From: Xylographa opegraphella
Lineage: Eukaryota
Length of the DNA: 64,000 nucleotides
Reading direction: 5' to 3'
NCBI GenBank assembly: GCA_022813865.1
Contig: JALDZX010000010.1
Span: forward strand, 310,001 to 374,000
Under the pieces are notes generated by a model. The model was given only the letters and a program-made list of their open reading frames with translations. It was not told where the DNA came from and did not search any database. A program made the position numbers and the translations under genes. Of this stretch, positions 51,122-62,770 are shown one piece after another. Position 1 is the first letter of the stretch. Each line of letters opens with the position of its first letter.

Positions 51122-51945
51122 GCTAAAATCCCAGACATTCAGAAACTACTTGAGCAGCAGATATCTATTAGTGGGAAGCTCAAGACGCTTTGAGTACATC
51201 GCATGGAAGAGTCGCCGACCCCGATTTGCGAAGCACTGCAGGATCCAATTAACAAAATGTCTCCAATTACACGGTATATACTTAAAATTGATAGCTACCG
51301 AGCTGCATTGCCCTTCCGGCTAGCCTCGAAATATTACCAGGTAATCACGCACTAGAATTGACAAGGAATGTAAGGTACGGAGTAGCGAAAAGTAGATTCA
51401 CGAATCACGTGAAACTCAGGCCGCCAAGCAAGGGAGCTCCGAGTGATAACTTTCCTAGGTAAGGTATGTGCTGAGCTCTGATGTCAAGTCAATCCGAGAA
51501 AATAATTTCTTGCAAGCTCGTCCACAAAGTCACTTACGCTGCAAATGAGTGTGATAGGAAAGACCTTCAAACTGCCCGTATTACTTATTGGTCAATGGAG
51601 CTCGAAAGCTTGTAAAGCCCTTAATACCCGTTTGCTTCTGGGTTTGCTTTTGGATTAGACACGGGTTGTGCCTACTGAATACCATAACTTTCACTGGCTT
51701 CTACTTCTCTTCCTGCCTCACGGACGACAGTTCTCACACAATTTGAAGCTTATATGTAGGTTCTGCACACTTGTCGACCTTTTTACAATCAGTTTATCGA
51801 AAACCACTTCTTCATCAATTCCTAAGTTCTAGTTCTTATATGCTCCTCTTGACCCGGTTTTTCCTTAGGACCTTACTCTTATAACCTCTAACATACCATC
51901 ACTGACATTATCCAGAAGCTTGGGCCAAGCTTCCACAGATACTCA

Positions 51946-54897
51946 ATGTCTGCCGCGGCTCCAGTACCCGCCGTTGGCAATTCCTATCCTGTTCTTCAGG
52001 AGTCGCCCAATGCTACGAATGACGCTGTGGTTGTCGAGAGTCCTCAACAATTAGATGCCACTCCTGGTCAGCCACACACAGACCAGACCTCGTATTTTGC
52101 GTCGTCAGATCTCGAGGCAGCGGCGGACTCACCAGCAAAGGCCGCTTCTGGCTCCAGAAGCTCTGCTGATCTGCTTCGGAGGCTAAGCCTAGTCGATGGC
52201 GACCGTCCTGCCGCCCCTTACGTTGACCTTCAGGTGGAGATTCCAGCTCTCAATCTTACTGGACGGATCATCAGTGCCGCTTTCTGTATTCCTCATACGT
52301 TAGGGTTTCGAAGCGGACGTGACTGGGTATGTCTCTTCACAGGTCTCTTCAGTGTACCTAGACCAGTCTTGCACTAATGCTAGTCAGGATATCCGACCTC
52401 GTCGTGGAACATCAGCCTTATTTGACTCTTTCACACATCTTTCTGAGACTGACACCTTATGGGATCATACGCTCGTCGGCTGGACAGGTGAAATAAAGCC
52501 ATCAGACGAAATACCTAGTCGGCCACAATCACCGGTCGAAGGATCAACAAGATCTAAAAATTCTTTGAACAAGACTCTTCCAGTGCCACTTAACAACCTT
52601 TCCGCCCCAATTCCTGTTGATGGATCCGCAAGACCGGCAGCACCTCAGTCGCATGTGGAACGCATTCGGGTAACTAAGACTGATCGTGAATGTCTGGAGA
52701 AACAGCTCCGACGAGACAAAAGTGGCAAAATAGTGCCTGTGTGGCTCATGGACAGGAGCGAAGACGACAAAACTGATGTTGTCCTTCAAGATCAAGGCCG
52801 CTGGCGTCGCTATGCTGAACACGAGATCTACACGCTCTTTCACTATAAACAGCACGAGCCAACTGATGGCCGTGCGGAACGCCGTTGGTGGACGGATTAC
52901 TGCCGAATGAATCAAAAGTTTGCAGATAAGATTCTCGAAATCTACAAGCCTGGCGACATAGTCTGGGTGCACGACTACCACCTTCTTCTCCTCCCGAGCA
53001 TTTTACGGCAACGTCTTCCCCAAATCTACCTCGGCTTCTTTCTACATATTCCATTCCCGAGTAGCGAGTTCCTGAGGTGTCTCAGTCGACGTAAAGAGAT
53101 ATTGACCGGCGTGCTTGGGGCAAATATGATCGGATTCCAAACCTATAGCTATTCACGACACTTTTCTTCCTGTTGTACTCGTATTCTGGGGTTTGATGCA
53201 GCCTCCGCAGGTGTAGACGCATATGGCGCGCACATAGCGGTGGATGTCTTTCCCATTGGGATTGATGCGGCTGCCTGCGCAAAACTAGCTTATGGTAACA
53301 GCGTTATTGAAGATAAAATTCAGCGCATTCGAGCGCAATATGCGGGCCAAAAAATTATTGTGGGACGAGATCGATTGGACACTGTGAGAGGAGTCGCGCA
53401 AAAGCTTCAAGCTTTTGAGAAGTTCTTAGAACGCCATCCTGAGTGGCGTGGCAAAGTTGTTCTGATTCAGGTCACAAGTCCAACCAGTATAGAGGAACAA
53501 AAGGTGGATGGAGGGCACAAAATGGCCCACGAGATCTCCAACCTGGTGGCCAAAATCAATGGGCTGTACGGAGGGCTCGAGTATACGCCAGTTTTCCACT
53601 TCCCTCAATACTTATCTCAGGATGAATACTTTGCTCTACTGCGAGTTGCAGACGTTGCTCTCATCACCAGTGTTCGAGATGGTATGAACACAACTGGCCT
53701 AGAGTATGTGGTATGCCAGAGAGACAATCACGGTCCTCTTATCTTGTCCGAATTTTCTGGGACTGCAGGAAGCCTTACCAGTGCTATGCATATCAATCCG
53801 TGGGATCTCATAGGCGTTGCGGAAGCTATCCACCAAGCCCTGATAATGCCGGCGGAGGAAAAGGCCAATCAGCAGAGGATATCCTATCGACACGTCACGA
53901 CTAATACAGTTCAGCTTTGGCAAAAGAATTACCTTACACGCCTATTAACTAATCTGGCCTCTTTCAAACAATCATCTTCTACCCCGCCACTTGATAGAGC
54001 CCTGATGCTCACTCGTTATCGGCTAGCAAAGAAACGCTTGTTTATGTTCGATTATGATGGCACTCTCACGCCCATTGTGAAAGATCCACAGGCAGCGATA
54101 CCTACCGATCGCGTTATACGTACTATCAAAACCCTAGCACAGGACAAACGTAATGCCGTTTGGATAATAAGTGGCAGAGACCAAGCCTTTCTTGAGGAAT
54201 GGATGGGACATATTTCTGAATTAGGACTATCTGCGGAGCATGGCAGCTTCATTCGACACCCAGAGACAGACGAGTGGGAGAATCTTACAGAGACGGTTGA
54301 TATGGGCTGGCAGAAAGAAGTGATGGAGATATTTCAACATTACACAGAGAAGACGCAAGGGTCATTTATTGAGCGCAAACGCATCGCTTTGACCTGGCAT
54401 TATCGTCGGTCCGATCCAGAATACGGAGCATTTCAAGCACGCGAGTGCAAGAAATTTCTTGAAAATACGGTTGGAAAGAAATGGGACGTGGAGGTCATGA
54501 GTGGTAAGGCGAACCTCGAGGTACGGCCGACTTTCGTGAACAAGGGCGAGATAGCCAAGAGGTTGGTGACTAGCTATGGAGTTGGGCAAGACGAGCCACC
54601 AGAGTTCATTCTTTGCTTGGGAGACGATAATACGGATGAAGGTAACAACAACCTCTCTCAATATTCAGGATCTGAAAACGATCTGCTGACGTTCTGCTTC
54701 AAGACATGTTCCGTGCTCTACGAGCGACAAAGCTTCCTCAAGAAAACGTGTTCTCCGTGACTGTCGGCGCAAGCTCGAAACAGACTCTGGCAAGCTGGCA
54801 TCTGCTGGAGCCTGCAGACGTGATTGCTGCTGTTGCTTTGCTCAATGGGAATGTAAGTGACAGCAACATTGATGCCAAGGTAGCAGGAGCATACTAG
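51946..54897 (+). CDS. TPS2: Trehalose-6-phosphate phosphatase (GT20-like domain plus HAD phosphatase), 3 exons
   Basis: VWVHDYHL, FFLHIPFPSSE, GRDRLD, RDGMN, HAD motif FDYDGTLTPI, ISGRD, SAEHG, GKANLEVRP, LGDDNTDE/DMF. Confidence 0.95.
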
Positions 54898-55329
54898 TTA
54901 TTCTGTCCTTCTGCCTTGCATGAGTATTATGGCATATTTCCTAGCAGCGCGGCGCGAGGAGTCAGAATGGGATGATAGCTCCCAATGGTGAGATGTCGTT
55001 CCCTAGGCGTTATAACTTGATGCGGCCAACGATGAACGTGGCTATGTTGTGCTCCTGCAGCTTAATCAGAACCAATAAACAGACATGTCTGGCATATCTT
55101 ACTCTGCATTGCCGTCCCCGCTGCCTTAGGTAACGTATGTGATAATCATGTTGCAGTAGCGGCAAGGTATGCTAGGCTTCTTAGCTCTTCCGCTTGTTCC
55201 CATTCCTAACCCTAAATCTCCGCCCATCGAGGGAAACCAAATCCTCGCTTTCTCCAAATCGCACTGACACTCTCCCATCAATCCCTCCTCAAACATCCTA
55301 CCCTATCGCTGCTGTATCCACCAGCCACG

Positions 55330-55936
55330 ATGGTCTACACCCTCATCTGCACACTCTACACCCTCGACGACCCGGCCTGTATTCAGAAAGTCAAGAACAA
55401 ACTCATCGAGGCCTCACGCATCTATAGTAAGGACAAGGAAACGCTGAGCTGGCTGGTCATGCAGGACGTGAAGGACCCCAGGATGTTCAAGGTCGTGGAG
55501 CGGTATCTGGAAGAGGGGGTGAGTCTGTAGCGGTTTCCTTCTGCGTATCCGCGAGCGACGGGTGTATGTGGTGCCGTTGTGGATGCTGGCTTGTGCGAGA
55601 AACTGTAGGGCTAAGGAGAGGAGGACTTGGGATGAGCGAGAGCGAAGCCATGCGATCTTGTAAGAAATGCTGTGGTCGGTCTGGAAAAGGGGAAGGGGGT
55701 GTTTGGTTTGAGGTGTAGAGAAGGTTGTCGTCTGTTTTGTTCGCTGCGCTCTTATAGTTGGTCGGTAATCGACCCAGCTTTTCACTTCTGATCGTGGATG
55801 GTAGAGCCAAAAGTACCATCTGGCGAACCCCTATCAGAAGACTTTCGACCCGTGGGTCATGCCTTTCCTGGCGAGGCCGATTGAGGTTCTGCGGCATGAG
55901 GAGTTGGACACGTCGAGGGATGTGGTGGTTGAGTAG
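55330..55936 (+). CDS. Small ABM/Dabb-like (dimeric alpha-beta barrel) protein, 2 exons (intron 55519-55804)
   Basis: MVYTLI...KLIEASRIYSKDKETLSWLVMQDVKDPRMFKVVERYLEEG/SQKYHLANPYQKTFDPWVMPFL..RHEELD; the GT-AG intron joins the exons in frame. Confidence 0.75.
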
Positions 55937-56529
55937 GGCTGGGAATTGGGTGTGGTGCAGAGTCTGTTGTTAGAGTATGCAAGGTTGGAATTGGTTTATA
56001 ATTTGTACGGTGGAGAGGGAAGGGGGTTGGAAGGAGCTGTGATCTATGAGGCATGTGCCTATCTGGGGAAGAGATGCGGTGGCGGAGAAGTCGGACATGT
56101 ATACAGTCGCTACATACTACGATCACTCGTCGAGAACAATAAAATAATTCGTAAACGCGCTTGTATTCGGGGGCCCTGTGAGCCAGCTAGCTAACAGGAA
56201 AAGCACAGCAGCTGCGTGCAAAATAAAGAAGGAGGAGTGCAGAAAAATTGGATGCTCTGCGTGCGAAGTGCCCGAAAGCACAACGAACAGCAGCCGACGT
56301 GCTCCAACTTCCTGAGTACAAAAACAAAACAAAAAATCAGCAAGTATAAATGACAAAACAAGGAGGAAATATAACAGAAGCAGAAATTCGTCAGCGTGCG
56401 TGCAAGGGGGAGATCGGGGCAATTAGGGGGTGTGCTGGGGTTGAGGCTCTCGTGAGCCAGAAGCGCTTAAACAAAACTCAAGCAAAAGAAGAACGAAGGG
56501 TTCCGACAAGAAGACAGCGGAGTGCGACG

Positions 56530-59500
56530 CTAGCCTTGAGTGAAGTAGGCGGTCAGCGATTCGCTCTCTCTGTCTGCATCCGCCGAACTTCCGGCTTCCG
56601 ATCCTGCACGAGTGGCCTCTTGAGCCTCGGCCTCGGCCTCGAACAGGGACATGCCGCTCTTTCGGGATCGTTTGGGTGCCCTGGCGGAATTGTCGCGATC
56701 TGTGGGAGGCGCAGCCCGGTCCTTCCTTCTCATCTCTTCCATCTCCTCTGCTTCGTCGTCATGCTCGCTCGCAGGCGCAGGTCGCTTCTCCCGCCGCTTC
56801 TGTGGCGTGAGCTTCAGTCGGAGAATGGGAGCCTTCGACTTCTTGGCCGGGTTTTTAATTATCGGCAGTGCTGTCCCGGCCACGTTGCTGAGCAACGACG
56901 ATTCCCCGATCTCTTCCACACCCACATTCTCTTCCAACCAATTCGTGATCGAGATGGGCGCACTAATCATGCCCGAGTCACGAGGGCGGAGGCCTCGGCG
57001 CTTGACTTCTCTGCTTCTGGGAGCGGCAGTATCGCTCACTCGACCCGCTTCTGCTGGGCGACGAGAGCCGGCGGCAAGAGGACGATCAGCGGGTGCGACT
57101 GCGCTATCACCGGTTGCTCGACGCGCTTCAGCTGGGCGAGGGGGGCCGGCGGGAAGAAAACGGCCAGTTGGTGCAACTGCGGTAGTGTCGGTCACTCGAC
57201 GCACTTCCCTCGAACGACGAGATTCGGTGGTAGGAGCACGGCCAGCTGGTGTAGCTGCAGTAGTAGCGGCCACTCGACCTGCTTCACCACGAGATCCGGC
57301 GGCAGGAGTGCGGGTGGCCGATGCATCTGTGGCAACCGAGGAATGTCGAGGCGGAAGTCCCATTCCCGTGCGTCCACCAGGGCCTGCATTGGTACAAGCC
57401 GGCCTGTACGGCGGCTGACCTTCGACGCTGGCCGATCCTGGATTCTGCATGGCCATGGCGCCTTGGGGGAGAGACGCAGGACGCAGGGCACCAGGTGCAG
57501 TTCTCATTGGCGGCACTGGCGCTATTGGCCCGAACTGACCGGATGCTTGGAGACGCCGCGTTTCGTTCATCACCATGCCCACGTTCACATAGTAATCGGC
57601 GCTCCAATTATTGTACGGCCTTACAGGCTCTCGGTGTCCTGGGCCGACTGGAAACCATGCTTGAAACCCCAGACTATCCACGAAGTTCGGATAGAAATAG
57701 TCTCTTGCATTGTTCTGCCATCCGAATTCTTCGCGCCATCGATCGTGATTGAGCGAGATCCAGTCAATAACAGCTGGAGTCCGGAACGGCGGCATCTGCG
57801 TATTGCGCGGATAGTTCCCAGTCAATGGTGTGGCCGGAGTCGTAGACCTTGCGGGAAAATTTACCATCGACCCCCTAGCATTAGCAGCAAAAGAGGTCCT
57901 GTGCCCAAGCTGAGACTGCGGGTACAGCTGAGCACCGACGGCTTGATCGGTCAGGTTATTGAAAGGTGAGGAAGGGTTATCGTAAGTGGCTTGATCGGTG
58001 AAAGCAGGGAAGGAATTTTGATGCTGTAGAGCTGACGCATCTGGAAACGCTGGAGTGGCTTCATATGATAAGGGATTGGGGAAAGTCGGGAATGGATGAT
58101 TTGGCTGGATATCCGAAGCATAAGGGAATTCAGCTGGAAGTATATCTCCTGTTTGGAAGTCATAGTTCAAGGTCTCAGCTCCTGCGTTGAACAAATTACC
58201 GGGATCTTCATTTGCTGGTCGCTCCTCAGTCAGCATGTTTTGGTTTTCAGCAAGTGGTAGTCCTTCGTTGGGCAATGTAGGTAAGAACTCAGGCATGCCT
58301 GCGCCGCCAAGGTTATTCTGCTGATCAAAGCTTGCTGTTGGCTCCAACATGCTTCCGTCTGTATATGTATTGAGCATCTGAACTCCTGGAGCGGTATGCA
58401 TGCTGAAAATGTTTCCTTGTGGATCGGCGTAGGCATTAGATGGGAGAAGTGTAAATGATCCAGTTGCCGATTGCATGCTTGCCCCTGGATTGGTATACAC
58501 ATTAGGTATGACTCCAGTGTAAGGGACTCCGGGAAGTTGGAAATCTGAAGAAGCACTGTACGTGGCACCGAAAGTATCTGCTGCACCAGGAACCTCTTCG
58601 TCATAGAGTCCGAGCACTTGAAGATCTCCAGGTCCATCTTGAGTAGAGAGTTCATGTCGGGCAGGGTGTTCATAACCAGGAGAAGGTCCATTCCCGATAG
58701 GAGGTTCATCTCCGGCAGGCAGTCCATCTTGGGCATGGGGTTCATCTATAGCAAGCAGTCCATCTTGGGTATGAGGTCCATTCCTAGTAGAAGATTCATC
58801 TTGAGTGTAGGGTCTATCACGAGTAGGAGACCCATCTTTCGTGATCTGGTGACTCTTATATGAAGTCAATCGCGACATGCCGTCAGTAGTATCTATGTCT
58901 GGGAACGATGGTGTACCAGCAGAAGAAGGGGCTGGTACAGCAAGGCGACGAGACAGTGGATGCGAGTCCTGACTGAGGTTAAGGTCTTTCTGTTTGGACA
59001 GTTGAAAACCATCTTGGTTGGTTTCATGACCAGGAGGTGATACGACAATGGGTTTGCCTTGCACATAAGAATCACCAGGCAGTGCTTTCTGTTGCAACAG
59101 AGATACGTTCTCGGCCTTTCTGGTGTCAGGAGCGTCAGTAAGAAGCTGGTTACTTTCTGGACTCTGTTCAAGTTGGGTGTCGGCAACTTTGTCGGGCTCG
59201 AATTGTCCAGGATGGCTCAACGGATTGGAAGTCGAAGCTTTGGGAATCGTCTTGTGGCCCTGGACGCGGTTTTTGTGACCCAGCGGAGTCTTTGGGTCTG
59301 CCGGTACAAGTGATCGCGTTCGAGGGCTCCTAAGTCGACGTGCCATGGTGGGATGTCTTACTGGTGAGTCACGCCGAATGGTAGGTGTTGTAGAGCGATG
59401 AAGACGAGCAGGAGAGCGGCTTCGAGAACTTGAAGCTTCTGGTTGCCCATAATCTATAAATATCAGTACAGATGTGTCTGAATAAAGAAGTTTCTTACCT

Positions 59501-59760
59501 GGTCTGATCATGGTTAATTTCTCCTCATCCTTGAGAAACGAATTCGTCGGGTCAGCGTGATCAAATGGCATCTGCTGCAGAGAAAATTCCAAGGCAGTAG
59601 CTACACGTAAATAAGTTTCAAAGATAACTTCACGTGGTTGCAGAGCATTGCATCGTTGACACTTACGAGTCATATCAGTCTCCCCGACGATGGACTGATA
59701 TGGTGAGAGCGGCATAACGTGACCGTAACGCGTATAACTACCACCGAAATGAGATGACAA
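56530..59760 (-). CDS. Large Pro/Ala/Arg-rich, probably disordered hypothetical protein (up to 1076 aa; true start uncertain, possibly 59571)
   Basis: 3.2-kb stop-free frame, a probable in-frame 45-nt intron at 59454-59498 (GTAAGA..TACTGAT..TATAG), internal repeats and basic NLS-like stretches. No domain recognised. Confidence 0.7.
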   Translation of the reverse strand: MSSHFGGSYTRYGHVMPLSPYQSIVGETDMTRKCQRCNALQPREVIFETYLRVATALEFSLQQMPFDHADPTNSFLKDEEKLTMIRPGKKLLYSDTSVLIFIDYGQPEASSSRSRSPARLHRSTTPTIRRDSPVRHPTMARRLRSPRTRSLVPADPKTPLGHKNRVQGHKTIPKASTSNPLSHPGQFEPDKVADTQLEQSPESNQLLTDAPDTRKAENVSLLQQKALPGDSYVQGKPIVVSPPGHETNQDGFQLSKQKDLNLSQDSHPLSRRLAVPAPSSAGTPSFPDIDTTDGMSRLTSYKSHQITKDGSPTRDRPYTQDESSTRNGPHTQDGLLAIDEPHAQDGLPAGDEPPIGNGPSPGYEHPARHELSTQDGPGDLQVLGLYDEEVPGAADTFGATYSASSDFQLPGVPYTGVIPNVYTNPGASMQSATGSFTLLPSNAYADPQGNIFSMHTAPGVQMLNTYTDGSMLEPTASFDQQNNLGGAGMPEFLPTLPNEGLPLAENQNMLTEERPANEDPGNLFNAGAETLNYDFQTGDILPAEFPYASDIQPNHPFPTFPNPLSYEATPAFPDASALQHQNSFPAFTDQATYDNPSSPFNNLTDQAVGAQLYPQSQLGHRTSFAANARGSMVNFPARSTTPATPLTGNYPRNTQMPPFRTPAVIDWISLNHDRWREEFGWQNNARDYFYPNFVDSLGFQAWFPVGPGHREPVRPYNNWSADYYVNVGMVMNETRRLQASGQFGPIAPVPPMRTAPGALRPASLPQGAMAMQNPGSASVEGQPPYRPACTNAGPGGRTGMGLPPRHSSVATDASATRTPAAGSRGEAGRVAATTAATPAGRAPTTESRRSREVRRVTDTTAVAPTGRFLPAGPPRPAEARRATGDSAVAPADRPLAAGSRRPAEAGRVSDTAAPRSREVKRRGLRPRDSGMISAPISITNWLEENVGVEEIGESSLLSNVAGTALPIIKNPAKKSKAPILRLKLTPQKRREKRPAPASEHDDEAEEMEEMRRKDRAAPPTDRDNSARAPKRSRKSGMSLFEAEAEAQEATRAGSEAGSSADADRESESLTAYFTQG

Positions 59761-60949
59761 TGGTGGAGGCGATAGCTATTGCTCTAAGATGATCTGGTAG
59801 CGGACCAACTCAAGTCTCTCACAGGAGAGCGAGTCTGTAGCTAAAGCCAACGTAATGAGACGAAGACGCGGAATTTCAAAAGAGGAGTGATTGAGGAATC
59901 AAGATGATAGGAGTTAGACCTACTTCAGTCGATCACTTGCCCCTGACAGTGATATGATACCACTAAGCTTGGACTGGCGATCATAGAAGGAGTAGAGCAC
60001 TTGTAAATTTGCTTCCGGGGCTCGAAAAGAGAATGCACAAGCTCTGCACCTAAGTTCTAGACATCAACCTTGTGTTGATGTGATCGCACCAGACGTGGTG
60101 ACTTTTCGCGTCGAGGGTGCGTTGGCTCCGAACATGGGTGCCATAACAACCGGTCCGATTCCACGGAGGAGACGAGAAGCGACGTCGGCACACTCTCAGA
60201 ACAAGTTAACACGAGACTGGCAGGCAACAAAGCTCAATGTATTCACAGCATTTGCCAGATAGTGCAGGCAACGCCAAAGAAAATATCCGGCGAGCCACCA
60301 CGGCCAAGTCATCTTTGCATTTCCTTCTTGACTCTGGACACTTGGTGTGCCTTCTCACGATACTATGGTACCATTTTTATGGTATCAAATTGCTCACAGA
60401 GCCCATCCAACTACACTGGAAGTCCCAGTATCTTGTTTCACAAGTGAGTTCGTTCCTCACCATACCTTGCGTGCTCTGAATATTCAGGCTAACTTATTCT
60501 TACCTTTTTCCCAGTGAATGCTACTCAGCCTCCACAGATTCGAGCCTAATAGAAGACCTGGCCAGCATATTATATAAAGAGACCGAGCACATATTTCGTG
60601 GCTGAAGATCGTAAAGGAGACGAGCTGGCAGCGATGAAACTGAGCGGACCTTGCGGATAGATGTGGCGCTTCCTGGATCTCATACTGGCCACTGGACTCA
60701 CCTATTATCCGAATACCTCCCTTCAATGGCAAAGATTTTGATCAGTGCAGCATGATATTTATATATATGAATGTGGGTGGATTGGCATCCCTCGCCAATC
60801 CACAGCCTCTCCGGCGTGGAGGGGCCGACCCACCGGGAGGGCTTTTTTCATTTAAAGAGTGACCATAACCACCGAATCGAAGTGGACAGGTATGTCTCCA
60901 GCACCAAAGCCACCTAGTGGTAGCTGAATCCATGCCAGTCATCCAGACG

Positions 60950-62770
60950 AATCTCCGATGACGTTGACGTCGTTAAAAGCTTGGCGCTGATGAGGCTCAA
61001 GGCGGGCCGTCCTTACTCCGGAAGCTGCGAGGCAGCCTCGCCGTTTTACCTAGCAGATTCGAAAGGTCGAGAGCATTGCCCGAATGCTCGGTCCAGGTGG
61101 TCTGTGCTATCTTCAAGGCTGTATTCGAGCTCACGGGGTGGTCGTCTTCCAGGGATAAATTAATCGCCATAAAGTGTAAGCTGCCGAATCCGATGATCTT
61201 GGATCTCCCTCCTTTTCGTCGTCGCGCAACTGAGATAACCAGTTTTAACTTCGATTATACGAATCATATATTCTTGGCGTATATTGTTGGCTTGTATCGC
61301 CTATATGGCTTTCCCTTCGGGGTTTTCGACCAGTCGTTCCGCTGAACAACGGCTCAGACCATATTCTCATTTATATGTTTAAGCAACATCTTCTAACGCT
61401 TGCCGAGGTCGGGTAGAGTAACAATGAATCTTCCACCTATTGGTGGGCGTTGTTGCGTGTTTGATATGCGTATCATCAACAGCAGGTTGTGCTTGGGAGC
61501 TCTTTGAGTGGAACGTCGAACGACTAGAAATACCATTAGCTTGTGTATATTTACTCTGCGATTCGTGGCACAGGAAGACGTTGTCTTCCTTGACTATGCC
61601 TGGTTCTCGACGTGTCCAGACTAAAATTGCTCGTCACGAAAACTTCTCCTTTTCACGATGTTCACCGGCGTGTCAGACTTCGTGTTAGAATCCACATACG
61701 CAGAAATCAACTCCGGACAGAGGAAATTTAGCTGCGCCAAACGTCATGCAGTGGTGATCGGGACAGCTCTAAAATAATGCGGAGGCCGCTTTGGTAGTTT
61801 CGTATGAATCGTCGACAAGGAACGAGACGTGTATAAGCCAGACAGTAACGGCACAAGACTGGAATGGCCCTGATAACCCCTAAAATTCTTTGAACTGGTC
61901 GGCGTCGCTTCGCGTATACTGTACTTCAGTGGCCGCCACTCTGGGCTTCTTTACGACTCTTTGGCTCCTCAGTATACAGTCCAGGTTTCAGGTGTCAAGT
62001 GTTGCGGATGTTACAGTAAAAACCGGAGTCCCGTTGACCGTCGTACTCTTGAGGCTGGCCGTCAACCTTGTTAGGCTCGCTCGTGGTCCTGTCCTCGCGG
62101 CTTCTGTGTTGGAATTGCTTGGCTTTAAAGCAGTCTTCATAATCTTCTTACTGTTCTCGCGGCGTTCACATCAAGTGCAGACTTTGCTCAGAACTTCGTC
62201 ACACTTCTTGTCTGTCGCGTCTCCGTTGGATTATTCGTGTCCGCCCACATTAAGTTTAGCTGTTGATGCCGGCGTGTCTGCACACCTGTAGTCACCGGTA
62301 AATCGAGCGGTAGCTACCGTGTTATTTCTTCTTACGCCTTTCGCCGGGCCCTGCACCGGGATCTGCCATTGATGGGTATGCCGTCTAAGCTAAGGATTGA
62401 AGGTCGATACAGTGGCCAGTTGTACTTTCAGCTGGTCCGGCTTTCCTATACTCAATCTTCATGGACAAAGATGACGCCGAATTCATCCTAAAGAACGATA
62501 CGGAGCGTCTAGGCATCAGACCACCTCTGAAGACTTTTCTTATTGGCATCGGTGCTGTCAAGTTTATGCTGATCCTCTTGCTGATTGGGCCTCGGTCCAT
62601 GAGGTTTACTGAGGCAATCGTAGGATTTCCAACCGCTGAATCGCTTTCGATTTCTCGGTTCGACGCTTTTCCAACCATCGTGGATCTTGGATCCACCGGC
62701 TTGCCCTAGTTCGCATTGCTTCTGGGTTGTATATGAGTCGTCGTCACCTTCAATCCGATACGCCAAGTCA
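60950..62770 (-). pseudogene. Possible decayed coding sequence (gene or element relic)
   Basis: Protein-like minus-strand stretches broken by isolated stops and frame changes, e.g. ...KLNVGGHE*SNGDATDKKCDEVLSKVCT*CERRENSKK...TLDT*NLDCILR...QFKEF*. No family recognised. Confidence 0.3.

Noticed and set aside
56350..57969. 539-aa plus-strand ORF (and a 255-aa ORF at 56651-57418) antisense to the 1076-aa ORF
   Set aside because: Composition is Arg/Cys/Ser/Gly-rich with no motif. Few stops are expected opposite GC-rich repetitive coding sequence.
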